From: Coriobacteriaceae bacterium
GTDB lineage: Bacteria; Bacillota_I; Bacilli_A; RFN20; CAG-826
Direction: 5' to 3'
DNA length: 64,000 nucleotides
Assembly (NCBI GenBank): GCA_963612925.1
Contig: CAVDXG010000004.1
Span: 1,084-65,083 of the forward strand
Positions 27,472 to 36,397 of this stretch are shown piece after piece (position 1 is the stretch's first letter; every line of letters begins with the position of its first letter). Under the pieces are notes generated by a model. The model had not been told where the DNA came from, searched no databases, and saw only the letters and a program-made list of their open reading frames with translations. The position numbers were made by a program, and so were the translations under genes.

Positions 27472-29976
27472 ATGATTAATAAAATAAAGTTAGTTTTATT
27501 GTCTGTAACAACATCTCTACTTTTTGCCAGTGTTTCTTTTTCTAATATAACGGATAGATTAATTGATGTAGATGCCTATTCTTACCCCTCTCTTCCTAAA
27601 TCAATAAATCTAAACGATACAGAAGATGATGACATTCGTAGCTATTATTCTGAACTAAATTCTTACGATGAGAGCGAGAAAAGAGGAACTAATCTACTTA
27701 AAAATCTTAAAGGTATTTTAAGAAAAAATTTTCAATATTATCAGTATGATAATGTCTGGAAAATTTATGAAATAACTGATCGCGATTGGGTGTTATCGCC
27801 TGCAAGTGAATCCACAGCCGGAACATACGATTCTTCGACTAATTATTTATCTAATTATACATACGGCACTAATGTAAGCCCCCCAACCGGTGATAATCCA
27901 TATGTTCGCGCTTTATATCGCGATCAAACTAGTGAAAAAAGAGTCATTCATGCTTGGGACGGACATAGTGCAAGTTATGGAGATCAATCTAGAGGTAATT
28001 TAAATCGTGAGCATGTATGGCCTAAATCATATGGATTTTCAAAATCTGATCATGATGCTGAAGCATACAAAAAAGGCCCAGCCGGAACTGATGTTCATCA
28101 TTTAATAGCCGCGGATGATGCGGTTAATCAAAACCTTCATGGCAATTATTTCTACGGCAATGTTGACACAACATTAGAGTATACTTCTGGCGCTACTACA
28201 TATGCTACAGAAGCTAATAAAAAGGGCAAAAGCGTTCATTCTGAAGTCACTGCTACAGTTTTTGAACCTTTAGACCAGGATAAAGGCGATATTGCTAGAG
28301 CTATCTTTTATATGTGTGCAATGTATAACAGTTATGACGATTCTACTCCGACTGCATATGATCCTAATTTAGCTATTTCTAGCAATCCCACCGATTATAA
28401 CTGGCAAACCATTTCATCAACAAAAGATAGTCCTGCCACCTATGGCATCCTTTCCGATTTATTAGAATGGAACAAACTCGATCCAGTTGATGATTATGAG
28501 ATACATCGAAATAACTTAATTTATAACAACTATCAATACAATCGCAATCCATTTGTTGATTTCCCTGAATGGGCGGATTTGATTTGGGGAGATAAAAATA
28601 CAACTGGTAATTACGCTAATCCAGCGACTGATTCAATTAATAATATAAGCGAAGATTTCACAATATCTTTAGATAAAACCGCAATTAATTTAAGCGTTGG
28701 TGAAACAATTACGATAAATGCTACTTGCTCTCAAAGTGTGACTTGGACAGTTACTGATAGCGATATTATTTCTTTATCAGGAAGTGGCAACAGTCAAATA
28801 ATAACTGCTTTGAAAGAAGGGAGCACACTAATTACGGCGAGCTATGGAACTGTATCTGCCTCATGTAGCGTAACTATTAATGAAAATCTTCAATTAGATA
28901 AAGAAAGTTTATCTCTTTATGTTGGAGATGAAGGAACTATTGAAGCTAACAAAGAAGTTACTTGGTCGACTTCTTCAAGTGACATCATTTCTCTTTCTTC
29001 CACGAGCGGAACATCTCTAACTATTAAAGGATTAAGTGAAGGTGAAGCAACAGTTACTGCGACTGATGGGAAAACGACATTGTCTTGTCAGATAACAGTG
29101 CGTAAAAAATCATATTCAGGAAGTATAGAAAATAAAGATATAACGCTTTCTCCATCGTCTACTTTCACGTCGTCATCTATTCCTGTAGGGGCATCCAACA
29201 CAATAACAGAGGAGCAATTTGCTTTAGCTGATTATAAAGAAGATACTTCAAAACTTACTTTTGCTATCTCAGGGGCATACAGATCATCATCAAATGCTGG
29301 ATACTGGATATTTGTTAAGGACAAAAATCCCTATATCTATAACAAAGATAATTTAGGAAAAATAACAAGCGTATCCATCACTTTTGCCTCAGGGTCTTCT
29401 GACTATGGACAATACAAAGTTTCTTTTTCTGATTCTATTTTGAGCACGCCGGTAACTGATTCTAGCAGTCCTGCTACTGCTGGAGAAACTGTAACTATTA
29501 ATAATGATAATGATAATTACGGATATTTCCAAATCGCTTTCAGCGGAGCAAATGTTCGCGTTGCATCTATAACAATTAATTATTCTTTATATTCTTCTAA
29601 CGTTTTTGCGGAAGAATTTTTAAAGACGATGAACTGCGACTCTACTGGCGTTAGAAAAGCTTCATTAGATAATTGGAATATTACAAAAGAGTCGTTTAAT
29701 AATTTAAATAGCGCTGAACAAGAACTTCTTAAAAGTGCTACTGCAAATATTGAGGATATCCCATTAGGAAAATGCACTTATCAATACGATTATATCGTCA
29801 ATAAATATTCTTTCGAGGATTACATGGGAAGAAAATCTAGTAACGCCTCTTCTAATTCTTATTTAAATAACAAAAAAGATCTTTATTTAATGATTATGGT
29901 GTCAGTAACACTTGTTGGAACTATCGCTATTTCGATTTATTTTTATAGTTGTTATAAGCATAAAAAAGTAATTTAA
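27472..29976 (+). CDS. Surface-anchored endonuclease I family nuclease with two Big_2-like Ig repeats and a C-terminal TM anchor
   Basis: Signal peptide MINKIKLVLLSVTTSLLFASVSFS. Endonuclease I motifs NREHVWPKS, DVHHLIAADDAVNQ, KGDIARAIFYM and NRNPFVDFPEWA. Two repeats of the type LSVGETITINA...TWTVTDSDIISLSG. A terminal hydrophobic segment is followed by KHKKVI. The track TTG start at 27457 lies in the terminator T-tract. Confidence 0.85.
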   Translation: MINKIKLVLLSVTTSLLFASVSFSNITDRLIDVDAYSYPSLPKSINLNDTEDDDIRSYYSELNSYDESEKRGTNLLKNLKGILRKNFQYYQYDNVWKIYEITDRDWVLSPASESTAGTYDSSTNYLSNYTYGTNVSPPTGDNPYVRALYRDQTSEKRVIHAWDGHSASYGDQSRGNLNREHVWPKSYGFSKSDHDAEAYKKGPAGTDVHHLIAADDAVNQNLHGNYFYGNVDTTLEYTSGATTYATEANKKGKSVHSEVTATVFEPLDQDKGDIARAIFYMCAMYNSYDDSTPTAYDPNLAISSNPTDYNWQTISSTKDSPATYGILSDLLEWNKLDPVDDYEIHRNNLIYNNYQYNRNPFVDFPEWADLIWGDKNTTGNYANPATDSINNISEDFTISLDKTAINLSVGETITINATCSQSVTWTVTDSDIISLSGSGNSQIITALKEGSTLITASYGTVSASCSVTINENLQLDKESLSLYVGDEGTIEANKEVTWSTSSSDIISLSSTSGTSLTIKGLSEGEATVTATDGKTTLSCQITVRKKSYSGSIENKDITLSPSSTFTSSSIPVGASNTITEEQFALADYKEDTSKLTFAISGAYRSSSNAGYWIFVKDKNPYIYNKDNLGKITSVSITFASGSSDYGQYKVSFSDSILSTPVTDSSSPATAGETVTINNDNDNYGYFQIAFSGANVRVASITINYSLYSSNVFAEEFLKTMNCDSTGVRKASLDNWNITKESFNNLNSAEQELLKSATANIEDIPLGKCTYQYDYIVNKYSFEDYMGRKSSNASSNSYLNNKKDLYLMIMVSVTLVGTIAISIYFYSCYKHKKVI

Positions 29977-29977
29977 G

Positions 29978-30883
29978 CTAATCTAACTTTAATAATTGTT
30001 TAGAAACTTCAATTGTCTTTATATAATTCTTTTTCATGTGTTTAGTTATCTTGTTTTCTTTTGGATAGCCAGACATATTATTAATTCCTCTAGGCCCCAT
30101 AAACAAAGATTCATCCTTATCTAGTAGAGCAATTGTTGATAACGCTGCTTTCTTCGGGGAATGGAACACTAATTTCATAAAAGCAACGGCTATATTAGCG
30201 AACCATTTTGGATAGGCTTTAAAGATTAATGGTGTCGCGGTGACACCAGGATGAACTAATTGAGAAATTACATTGCTATCTTTATATAATTTGCATAAAT
30301 ACAAATAGAAATGAACGATTGCTAGCTTACTTTCAGCATAAGTATTGAATTTAGTTGTCTTTGATAGGGCAGTAAAATCTTCATAGCATATTCTTGCATG
30401 TTTTGCAGTTATAGAAGTGGTTAAGATTATTCTTAAAGGATGCTTTAAAGTAAGGAAGTAGTCATCTAATTTACTAATCAATAAAAATGGACCAAGGAAG
30501 TTAGTCATTATGACTCTTTCATAACCATCTTTAGTTAACTCTTTTGGTAAATTGAAGGTTCCTGCATTGTTATAAAAATAATCAAAGTCAATTTCCTCAT
30601 CTTTGATTTTATTTACGAATTGATTAATAGATTCAATAGATGATGTATCCAAAATTAGATAACGTATATGCACTTTTGGATACAACGAGGTTATTTCTTT
30701 AACCGTTTTCTCTCCTTTAGATGGTGATCTAACAGTTAAAATAATGTTCATCTTTAAATAAGCACAATATTTAATAACTTCTAAGCCTATTCCAGAGTTA
30801 CCTCCGGTGATTAGAAGGGTTTTATTTTTTAATTGTTCTTTATGAATGTTTTTATCAATCCAATTCAAGTATTTATTTTTCAT
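29978..30883 (-). CDS. Short-chain dehydrogenase/reductase (SDR)
   Basis: The TLLITGGNSGIG Rossmann motif and the YAESK active-site motif. The ORF extends to 30985, but that region contains the cadA promoter and SD, so I prefer the internal Met at 30883 (or 30901). The start remains uncertain. Confidence 0.75.
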   Translation of the reverse strand: MKNKYLNWIDKNIHKEQLKNKTLLITGGNSGIGLEVIKYCAYLKMNIILTVRSPSKGEKTVKEITSLYPKVHIRYLILDTSSIESINQFVNKIKDEEIDFDYFYNNAGTFNLPKELTKDGYERVIMTNFLGPFLLISKLDDYFLTLKHPLRIILTTSITAKHARICYEDFTALSKTTKFNTYAESKLAIVHFYLYLCKLYKDSNVISQLVHPGVTATPLIFKAYPKWFANIAVAFMKLVFHSPKKAALSTIALLDKDESLFMGPRGINNMSGYPKENKITKHMKKNYIKTIEVSKQLLKLD

Positions 30884-30932
30884 TAAATTGAATTTTAGCA
30901 TAAAGCGAGAAAAAAGAAATTTATCGTTTCGC

Positions 30933-30961
30933 TTGACAGCAATTTTATTAATACTATTATA
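30933..30961 (+). promoter_or_regulatory. Predicted promoter of the P-type ATPase gene (TTGACA, about 16 nt, TATTAT)
   Basis: cgcTTGACAgcaattttattaatacTATTATatag, followed by SD GCGAGGT and ATG at 30988. Coordinates are approximate. Confidence 0.5.
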
Positions 30962-30987
30962 TAGAAAGTTAAGCGAGGTTAACATTT

Positions 30988-33201
30988 ATGAAAAAAATTG
31001 TCTACCATATCTCTGGATTTGATTGCCCTAACTGTGCAGCTAAAGTTGAGCGATATTTGAATAAGGACGAAAAGATTAATGAAGCAACATTAGATTTTGC
31101 TAACGATCGACTTTACATCAATTATCGAGAAGAGCCTTACACTCTTGATGAGCTAAAAGCGAAGATTAAAGAAGTGGAAAGCGATCCTCTTCGCATTGAA
31201 CTTATCAATAAAGGTGTCAGATCAAAAACTAAGATATTAACGAAGAAATTTATCTTTGATTTATCGCGAATTATATTAGCAATTATTTTCTTTACGGTTG
31301 CCATCATCTTAGAGCATACAGTTGGTGCCTCACATAGTGAAGGCATGCACGATATGAGAATGGCAAGCATGTGGAACGTCTATAACTGGGTCGCGAATAT
31401 TTTATACATGTTATCAGCATTGATAATGCTATATGACATAACTTGGAAGCTCATTCAAAATATCATTCATAAACGCAACCCAATTGACATGAATTTACTA
31501 TTAACTATTTCATGCGTTGGAGTGTTTGTTTTAGCCTATTTAAGTGCTTATAACATCATAAATGTTACTGACTTTGACATTGAAATGCACGAAGGTGCGA
31601 TGGTTGTCATTCTTTATCAAATAGGCGAATTAATCGAAGCTATTGCAACCGGAAAGTCAAAAGCCGCAATTTCAAAAGCTATCGATTTACGGGCGGATAC
31701 CGCCAATTTAGTATGCGACGATAAAATCGTTCAAGTTAAACCTGAAACATTAAAAGTAGGGGACGTCATCATCGTTAGAATTGGCGAAATTATTCCGGCT
31801 GATGGTGAAGTAATTGAAGGACAAGGAACGCTTGATATGTCCTCTTTAACAGGCGAGCCAATGCCTGTTGATGCCTTAATTGGTTCAAATGCTTTAAGTG
31901 GTTCAATTCTTAGAAGCGGTTCGATCACTGTTCGCATCAATAAAGTCTTCGCAGATTCTACGATTTCGAAAATTCTTGAACTCGTCGAATCTAGCGGTGA
32001 ACGCAAAGCCAAAGTGGAGAAATTCATCGATAAATTCGCAAAAATATATACTCCTACTGTCTTTGTAATCGGCGTATTATTTGCCATTATCTCTGGCTTA
32101 ATTAGCCAAGATTGGGCTAAATCGCTATTTTATGGCTTAGCTATACTGGTTGTTTCCTGCCCTTGCGCAATTGTAATATCGGTTCCTCTAGCCTATTTTG
32201 CCGGCATCGGATTAGCTAGTAAAAGAGGAGTCATTATTAAAGGCGCAAACTATCTTGATTCATTGTGCAATATCGGCGTTTTATTCCTTGATAAAACAGG
32301 CACATTAACCTATGGCAATTTTGAAGTGAAAGAAATGGTCCCAAATGGAGTTAGTGAAGAAGAACTTAAGACTTCTTTACTCGCCGCGGAATCGCGTTCA
32401 AATCACCCAATTGCCAAAGCCATTATCCTTCATCAAAATGTTTCAGAATTAGCCTTAAAACAAAGCAAATATGAAGAAATTGCAGGTTTAGGTACAAAAA
32501 CCGAATATGATGGGCACATAATTTATGCAGGTAACCAAGAATTGCTAGAAAAACATGGCATTTCTGCTCCTGATATCGAAGCGGCCGGAACACTCATTTA
32601 TGTGGCAAAAGATGGAAAATATATTGGTTATGTCCTTCTTCAGGATGTGATTAGAAATAAAGCCAAAGAACTCATCAAAAAATTGGATTCATTAGGCGTT
32701 AAAACTGTCCTACTTTCTGGTGATAAATTATCAACCGTTGAATATGTTGCTCACGAGGTTGGAATTAAGTATTATCACGCCAAATTGTTGCCTCAAGATA
32801 AGACTAAATTTGTCGAGGAAGAAATTGAGAAAAATAAGACAAAAAAGTTGGTCGCATTTGCAGGAGATGGAATTAACGATACTCCATCAATTATTCGCGC
32901 GGATGTCGGCTTTGCAATGGGCGGAATTGGAAGCGATGTCGCTGTTGAAAATGCCGATGTTGTCATCATGCAAGATCATCCATTAAAGATTTATGATTCA
33001 ATTGTTATCGCAAAAAAGACTCGATTCATCGCATTATTTAACATCATTTTCTCATTATTAGTTAAAGTGACGGTCATCGTTTTGCTCATGGTTGGAATTC
33101 TTGGAAGCAATGCGATGATGATTGCCATGCTTGCCGATACCGGACTTACAGTTTTGATGACTTTGAATTCCTTGTTACTCATTTATCGCAAGATTAGTTA
33201 A
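30988..33201 (+). CDS. cadA: Heavy-metal (Cd/Zn/Pb-type, P1B) translocating P-type ATPase
   Basis: 737 aa with an N-terminal HMA domain (GFDCPNCAAKVE), a transmembrane CPC motif (VSCPCAIV), the DKTGTLT phosphorylation site and the GDGINDTP hinge. Confidence 0.93.
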   Translation: MKKIVYHISGFDCPNCAAKVERYLNKDEKINEATLDFANDRLYINYREEPYTLDELKAKIKEVESDPLRIELINKGVRSKTKILTKKFIFDLSRIILAIIFFTVAIILEHTVGASHSEGMHDMRMASMWNVYNWVANILYMLSALIMLYDITWKLIQNIIHKRNPIDMNLLLTISCVGVFVLAYLSAYNIINVTDFDIEMHEGAMVVILYQIGELIEAIATGKSKAAISKAIDLRADTANLVCDDKIVQVKPETLKVGDVIIVRIGEIIPADGEVIEGQGTLDMSSLTGEPMPVDALIGSNALSGSILRSGSITVRINKVFADSTISKILELVESSGERKAKVEKFIDKFAKIYTPTVFVIGVLFAIISGLISQDWAKSLFYGLAILVVSCPCAIVISVPLAYFAGIGLASKRGVIIKGANYLDSLCNIGVLFLDKTGTLTYGNFEVKEMVPNGVSEEELKTSLLAAESRSNHPIAKAIILHQNVSELALKQSKYEEIAGLGTKTEYDGHIIYAGNQELLEKHGISAPDIEAAGTLIYVAKDGKYIGYVLLQDVIRNKAKELIKKLDSLGVKTVLLSGDKLSTVEYVAHEVGIKYYHAKLLPQDKTKFVEEEIEKNKTKKLVAFAGDGINDTPSIIRADVGFAMGGIGSDVAVENADVVIMQDHPLKIYDSIVIAKKTRFIALFNIIFSLLVKVTVIVLLMVGILGSNAMMIAMLADTGLTVLMTLNSLLLIYRKIS

Positions 33202-33216
33202 TATTCAATTTATTCC

Positions 33217-33246
33217 AAAAAGGGCGATTCGTTCGCCTTTTTTAGT
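33217..33246 (+). terminator. Rho-independent terminator after cadA
   Basis: AAAAAGGGCGA, loop TTCGT, TCGCCTTTTTT. Confidence 0.85.
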
Positions 33247-33509
33247 AGTAAAAAACTTTTAAAGGTTTGAACATGCACTATCTTGATCAGCTTTAAGTCA
33301 TAAAAGTTTATCTCCGCCTAACTTTCAGGAAAGCATTGCCTCTAAGTTCAATCCAGTTAAAGCCTCACCGACTGTTTTGGAATGGCCGAAGCATAAGTCA
33401 TTCTCCCTTTTTAGAGCAAGTTACCTCAATCATGGGAGCCAATTTTTCTTATTTGATAGGATTTTTATTCGATTGTATGGAATTTAGTCCCCGACTTTAG
33501 AACTTCTTA

Positions 33510-33538
33510 TTGCACACGCGTATATATTTTGATAAAAT
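33510..33538 (+). promoter_or_regulatory. Predicted promoter of the rplK-rplA operon (TTGCAC, 17 nt, TAAAAT)
   Basis: -35 at 33510-33515 and -10 at 33533-33538. Confidence 0.55.
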
Positions 33539-33544
33539 CACTTT

Positions 33545-33672
33545 CGCATATATCGATTTCACGGGATGAGCGTGCAATCGCACATGTGTAATGCGTATTG
33601 TGGAAGAGCTTAGATTTAGCTCATTAAGGACCACAACACGGACAAAATCTTAAAAGAAGGAGGAAATGTCAC
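33545..33672 (+). promoter_or_regulatory. Structured 5' leader of rplK-rplA, a candidate L1-binding autoregulatory element
   Basis: About 128 nt with nested helices (CGCAT...ATGCG; GTGCaatcGCAC; TGTGG-GAGCT-loop-AGCTC-CCACA) and a GGGAUG element just upstream of the SD. Confidence 0.35.
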
Positions 33673-34083
33673 GTGAGTAAAAAAATCGTCAAAGTTGTGA
33701 AGATGGAACTCCCTGGTGGCGAAGCTAAACCAGGACCAAAACTCGCTTCTGCCGGTGTCATCATGCCAAAGTTCTGCACGGACTTCAACGCTAAGACAGC
33801 CGATAGACGTGGAGAAATCGTTCCAGTCATCATCACAGCTTATGAAGACAAGTCCCATGACTTTGTAATCAAGACTTCTCCAGTTGCAGGCTTATTATTA
33901 AAAGCTGCTGGCATAAAGAAAGGCTCAGCGAATCCTAAAAACATCGTTGGTCATATCAGCCAAGCTCAACTTAGAGAAATTGCTGAATACAAATTGCCAG
34001 ACTTAAATTGTGACAACGTTGAAGCAGCGATGAAAGTCGTTGAAGGCAGCGCTCGCAATATGGGAATCGCGGTTGACAAGTAA
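33673..34083 (+). CDS. rplK: 50S ribosomal protein L11
   Basis: 136 aa. GTG start 9 nt after AGGAGG. KMELPGGEAKPGPKLASAGV and the overall pattern fit L11. Confidence 0.95.
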   Translation: MSKKIVKVVKMELPGGEAKPGPKLASAGVIMPKFCTDFNAKTADRRGEIVPVIITAYEDKSHDFVIKTSPVAGLLLKAAGIKKGSANPKNIVGHISQAQLREIAEYKLPDLNCDNVEAAMKVVEGSARNMGIAVDK

Positions 34084-34085
34084 TT

Positions 34086-34769
34086 ATGAAACTTTCCAAA
34101 AATTATAAGAAAGCTCTTGAACTTGTTGAAGCGGGCAAAGTTTATTCTCTTGAAGAAGCTTGTGAACTTGTTAAGAAAACATCAACCGTCAAGTTTGACG
34201 CCACAGTCGATGTCTCATTCCACTTAAATGTGGATACGACAAAAGCCGACCAACAAATCAGAGGAACACTCATCCTACCTCATGGAAATGGTAAGACTAA
34301 AAAGATTTGTGCAATCACCACTAAAGTTGATGAAGCTAAGAGCGCCGGCGCGGATTATGCCGGGGGCAAAGACTTGCTCGAAAAGATCCAAAAAGAGAAT
34401 TGGTTTGACTTTGATGTCATCGTCGCCACACCTGAAATGATGGGTGAATTAGGTAAGATGGGACGTCTATTAGGACCTAAAGGCTTGATGCCTAATCCTA
34501 AGACCGGAACAGTTACCGTCGACATCGCCAAAGCTATCAAGGAAATTAAACTTGGAAAAGTTGAATACCGCCTTGACAAAGATGCCAATATGGCGCTTAG
34601 CATTGGACGCGTCAGCTTCAAAACCGATGATCTAGTAGACAATTTAAAAGCCTTGACAACTACATTAGTTAAAGTTCGTCCAGCTGCTGTTAAAGGAAGC
34701 TACATCAAATCCGCAGTTGTTCACACAACTATGGGTCCAAGCATTCGTTTCAATTTCGAAGGAATGTAA
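34086..34769 (+). CDS. rplA: 50S ribosomal protein L1
   Basis: 227 aa with typical L1 sequence (...DATVDVSFHLNVD...LGPKGLMPNPKTGTVT...). Confidence 0.97.
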   Translation: MKLSKNYKKALELVEAGKVYSLEEACELVKKTSTVKFDATVDVSFHLNVDTTKADQQIRGTLILPHGNGKTKKICAITTKVDEAKSAGADYAGGKDLLEKIQKENWFDFDVIVATPEMMGELGKMGRLLGPKGLMPNPKTGTVTVDIAKAIKEIKLGKVEYRLDKDANMALSIGRVSFKTDDLVDNLKALTTTLVKVRPAAVKGSYIKSAVVHTTMGPSIRFNFEGM

Positions 34770-34879
34770 TAGAGCACAATATACCATAGACAGCAACGGC
34801 CACGGGGCTTAATAATGTTGCCCAGGTAATCCCAAGTATATTGATACTCTCCATCAAATTTTACAAAGGAGGTAGAACA
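34770..34879 (+). promoter_or_regulatory. rplJ 5' leader, a candidate L10(L12)4-binding ribosomal-protein leader
   Basis: A 110-nt non-coding spacer between rplA and rplJ, at the position where Firmicutes carry the L10 leader. It contains GC-rich paired segments (GGCCACGGGGC...GCCCAGG). Confidence 0.4.
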
Positions 34880-35371
34880 ATGAATCAGAAAACTCTCGAC
34901 TCTAAAAAAGAGATTGTTAGTTCCATTGAGAATTCTCTAAAAGATGCTCAATCATTCGCAATCGTCGAATATCGCGGTCTAACAGTCGCTGAAATTAGTG
35001 ATTTGAGAAAGTCTCTAAAAGCGGTTAACGCCTCATTCAATGTCTACAAGAACACTCTCGTTCGTCGAGCCAGTGACAATCTTGGACACAAGCAATTAGA
35101 CGAATACCTCTCTGGTAGCAATGCCTATGTCTTCTCAAGCGATGCCACAGGAATGCCTAAAGTATTAGCTAAATTTGCTAAGAAGAATGACAAACTCGTT
35201 CTCAAAGCAGGTCTAGTGGAAGGCAATTTCGTAGATGCAGACGGCTTAAAAGAAGTCGCTAAACTACCAAACCGTGAAGGCTTATTAGCCATGTTCTTAT
35301 CGTGCTTGCAAGCACCTATCCGCAGTTTCGCTTGCACAGTCAAAGCAGTCGCGGATAGCAAAAATGCCTAA
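34880..35371 (+). CDS. rplJ: 50S ribosomal protein L10
   Basis: 163 aa starting MNQKTLDSKKEIV, directly after AAAGGAGGT. The track start at 34841 is an upstream TTG extension. Confidence 0.95.
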   Translation: MNQKTLDSKKEIVSSIENSLKDAQSFAIVEYRGLTVAEISDLRKSLKAVNASFNVYKNTLVRRASDNLGHKQLDEYLSGSNAYVFSSDATGMPKVLAKFAKKNDKLVLKAGLVEGNFVDADGLKEVAKLPNREGLLAMFLSCLQAPIRSFACTVKAVADSKNA

Positions 35372-35387
35372 TTAGGAGGAAATTATT

Positions 35388-35765
35388 ATGGCAAAACTTA
35401 CAAAAGAAGAAATCGTCGCTTCCTTGAAGGAAATGACTGTTCTTGAACTCAATGACTTAGTCAAAGCCGTCGAAGAAGAATTCGGCGTCACCGCTGCAGC
35501 ACCTGTCGCTACTGTTGCTGCTGCACCAGCTGAAGAAGAAGTTAAAGCTGGACCAACTGAAGTTAATTTAGTGTTAAAGAGCTGTGGAGCAGCCAAAGTT
35601 GCTGTTATCAAAGCAGTTCAAGCCATTACAGGTTTAGGCCTCATGGACGCTAAGAAACTTGTTGATACTGCACCATGCAATATCAAAGAAAAGATTTCAC
35701 CAGTCGAAGCAGAAGAACACAAGAAAGCTCTTGTCGCTGCTGGTGCTGAAGTTGAAATTAAATAA
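35388..35765 (+). CDS. rplL: 50S ribosomal protein L7/L12
   Basis: 125 aa with an Ala/Glu-rich hinge and the C-terminal domain KLVDTAP...[19 protein letters not shown]. Confidence 0.97.
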   Translation: MAKLTKEEIVASLKEMTVLELNDLVKAVEEEFGVTAAAPVATVAAAPAEEEVKAGPTEVNLVLKSCGAAKVAVIKAVQAITGLGLMDAKKLVDTAPCNIKEKISPVEAEEHKKALVAAGAEVEIK

Positions 35766-35773
35766 GCATTTGA

Positions 35774-36385
35774 ATGAACTCTCATTATTTTGTTAACGAT
35801 AAATCCTTAGCTAGCAAGCCGAGAATTGTTAAGTATCAAATTAATGGGAAAATGTTTGAACTTAATTCAGACATTGGCGTCTTTTCAAAAAATGAACTGG
35901 ATTATGGGAGTAAACTCCTCATCGAGACCTTGCTCCCATATCCGTTTCAAGGAAAGATGCTCGATATCGGCTGTGGAATAGGCCCTATTGGCTTAACTCT
36001 GGCCTACTATAACAAAGATCTTATAGTCACATGCTCCGATATCAACACGCGCGCATTGGCATTATGTAGAGAAAATGCGCGAAAGCTCCAGTTAAGCCAA
36101 CGAGTCACCTGCCTTCAAAGTGACATCTATGTAGAGATTGAAGGATTATATGATTCAATTGTGAGCAATCCGCCGATAAGGGCTGGTAAGAAAGTTACCT
36201 ATGCCATCTACATCGGTGCGAAATCTCATTTAATTGATGGCGGTTCACTTTATGTGGTCGTGCGAAAAGCACAAGGTGCATTATCCGTCAAAGCATATTT
36301 AGAAGAAATCTTCGGAAATTCCGAAGTCTTAAAAAGAAGCAAAGGTTATTACATCCTGAAAGCTACTAAAGTGAATTCATTATAA
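35774..36385 (+). CDS. Class I SAM-dependent methyltransferase (RsmC/YbxB-like)
   Basis: 203 aa with the SAM motif LDIGCGIGPIG and the NPPIRAG motif. It occupies the ybxB slot between rplL and rpoB. Confidence 0.85.
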   Translation: MNSHYFVNDKSLASKPRIVKYQINGKMFELNSDIGVFSKNELDYGSKLLIETLLPYPFQGKMLDIGCGIGPIGLTLAYYNKDLIVTCSDINTRALALCRENARKLQLSQRVTCLQSDIYVEIEGLYDSIVSNPPIRAGKKVTYAIYIGAKSHLIDGGSLYVVVRKAQGALSVKAYLEEIFGNSEVLKRSKGYYILKATKVNSL

Positions 36386-36397
36386 AGGAGCCATTAC

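Noticed and set aside
33616-33858. An 80-aa minus-strand ORF spans the rplK start.
   Set aside because: It is antisense to the L11 coding sequence and its SD, and it has no independent signals. It is a shadow ORF.
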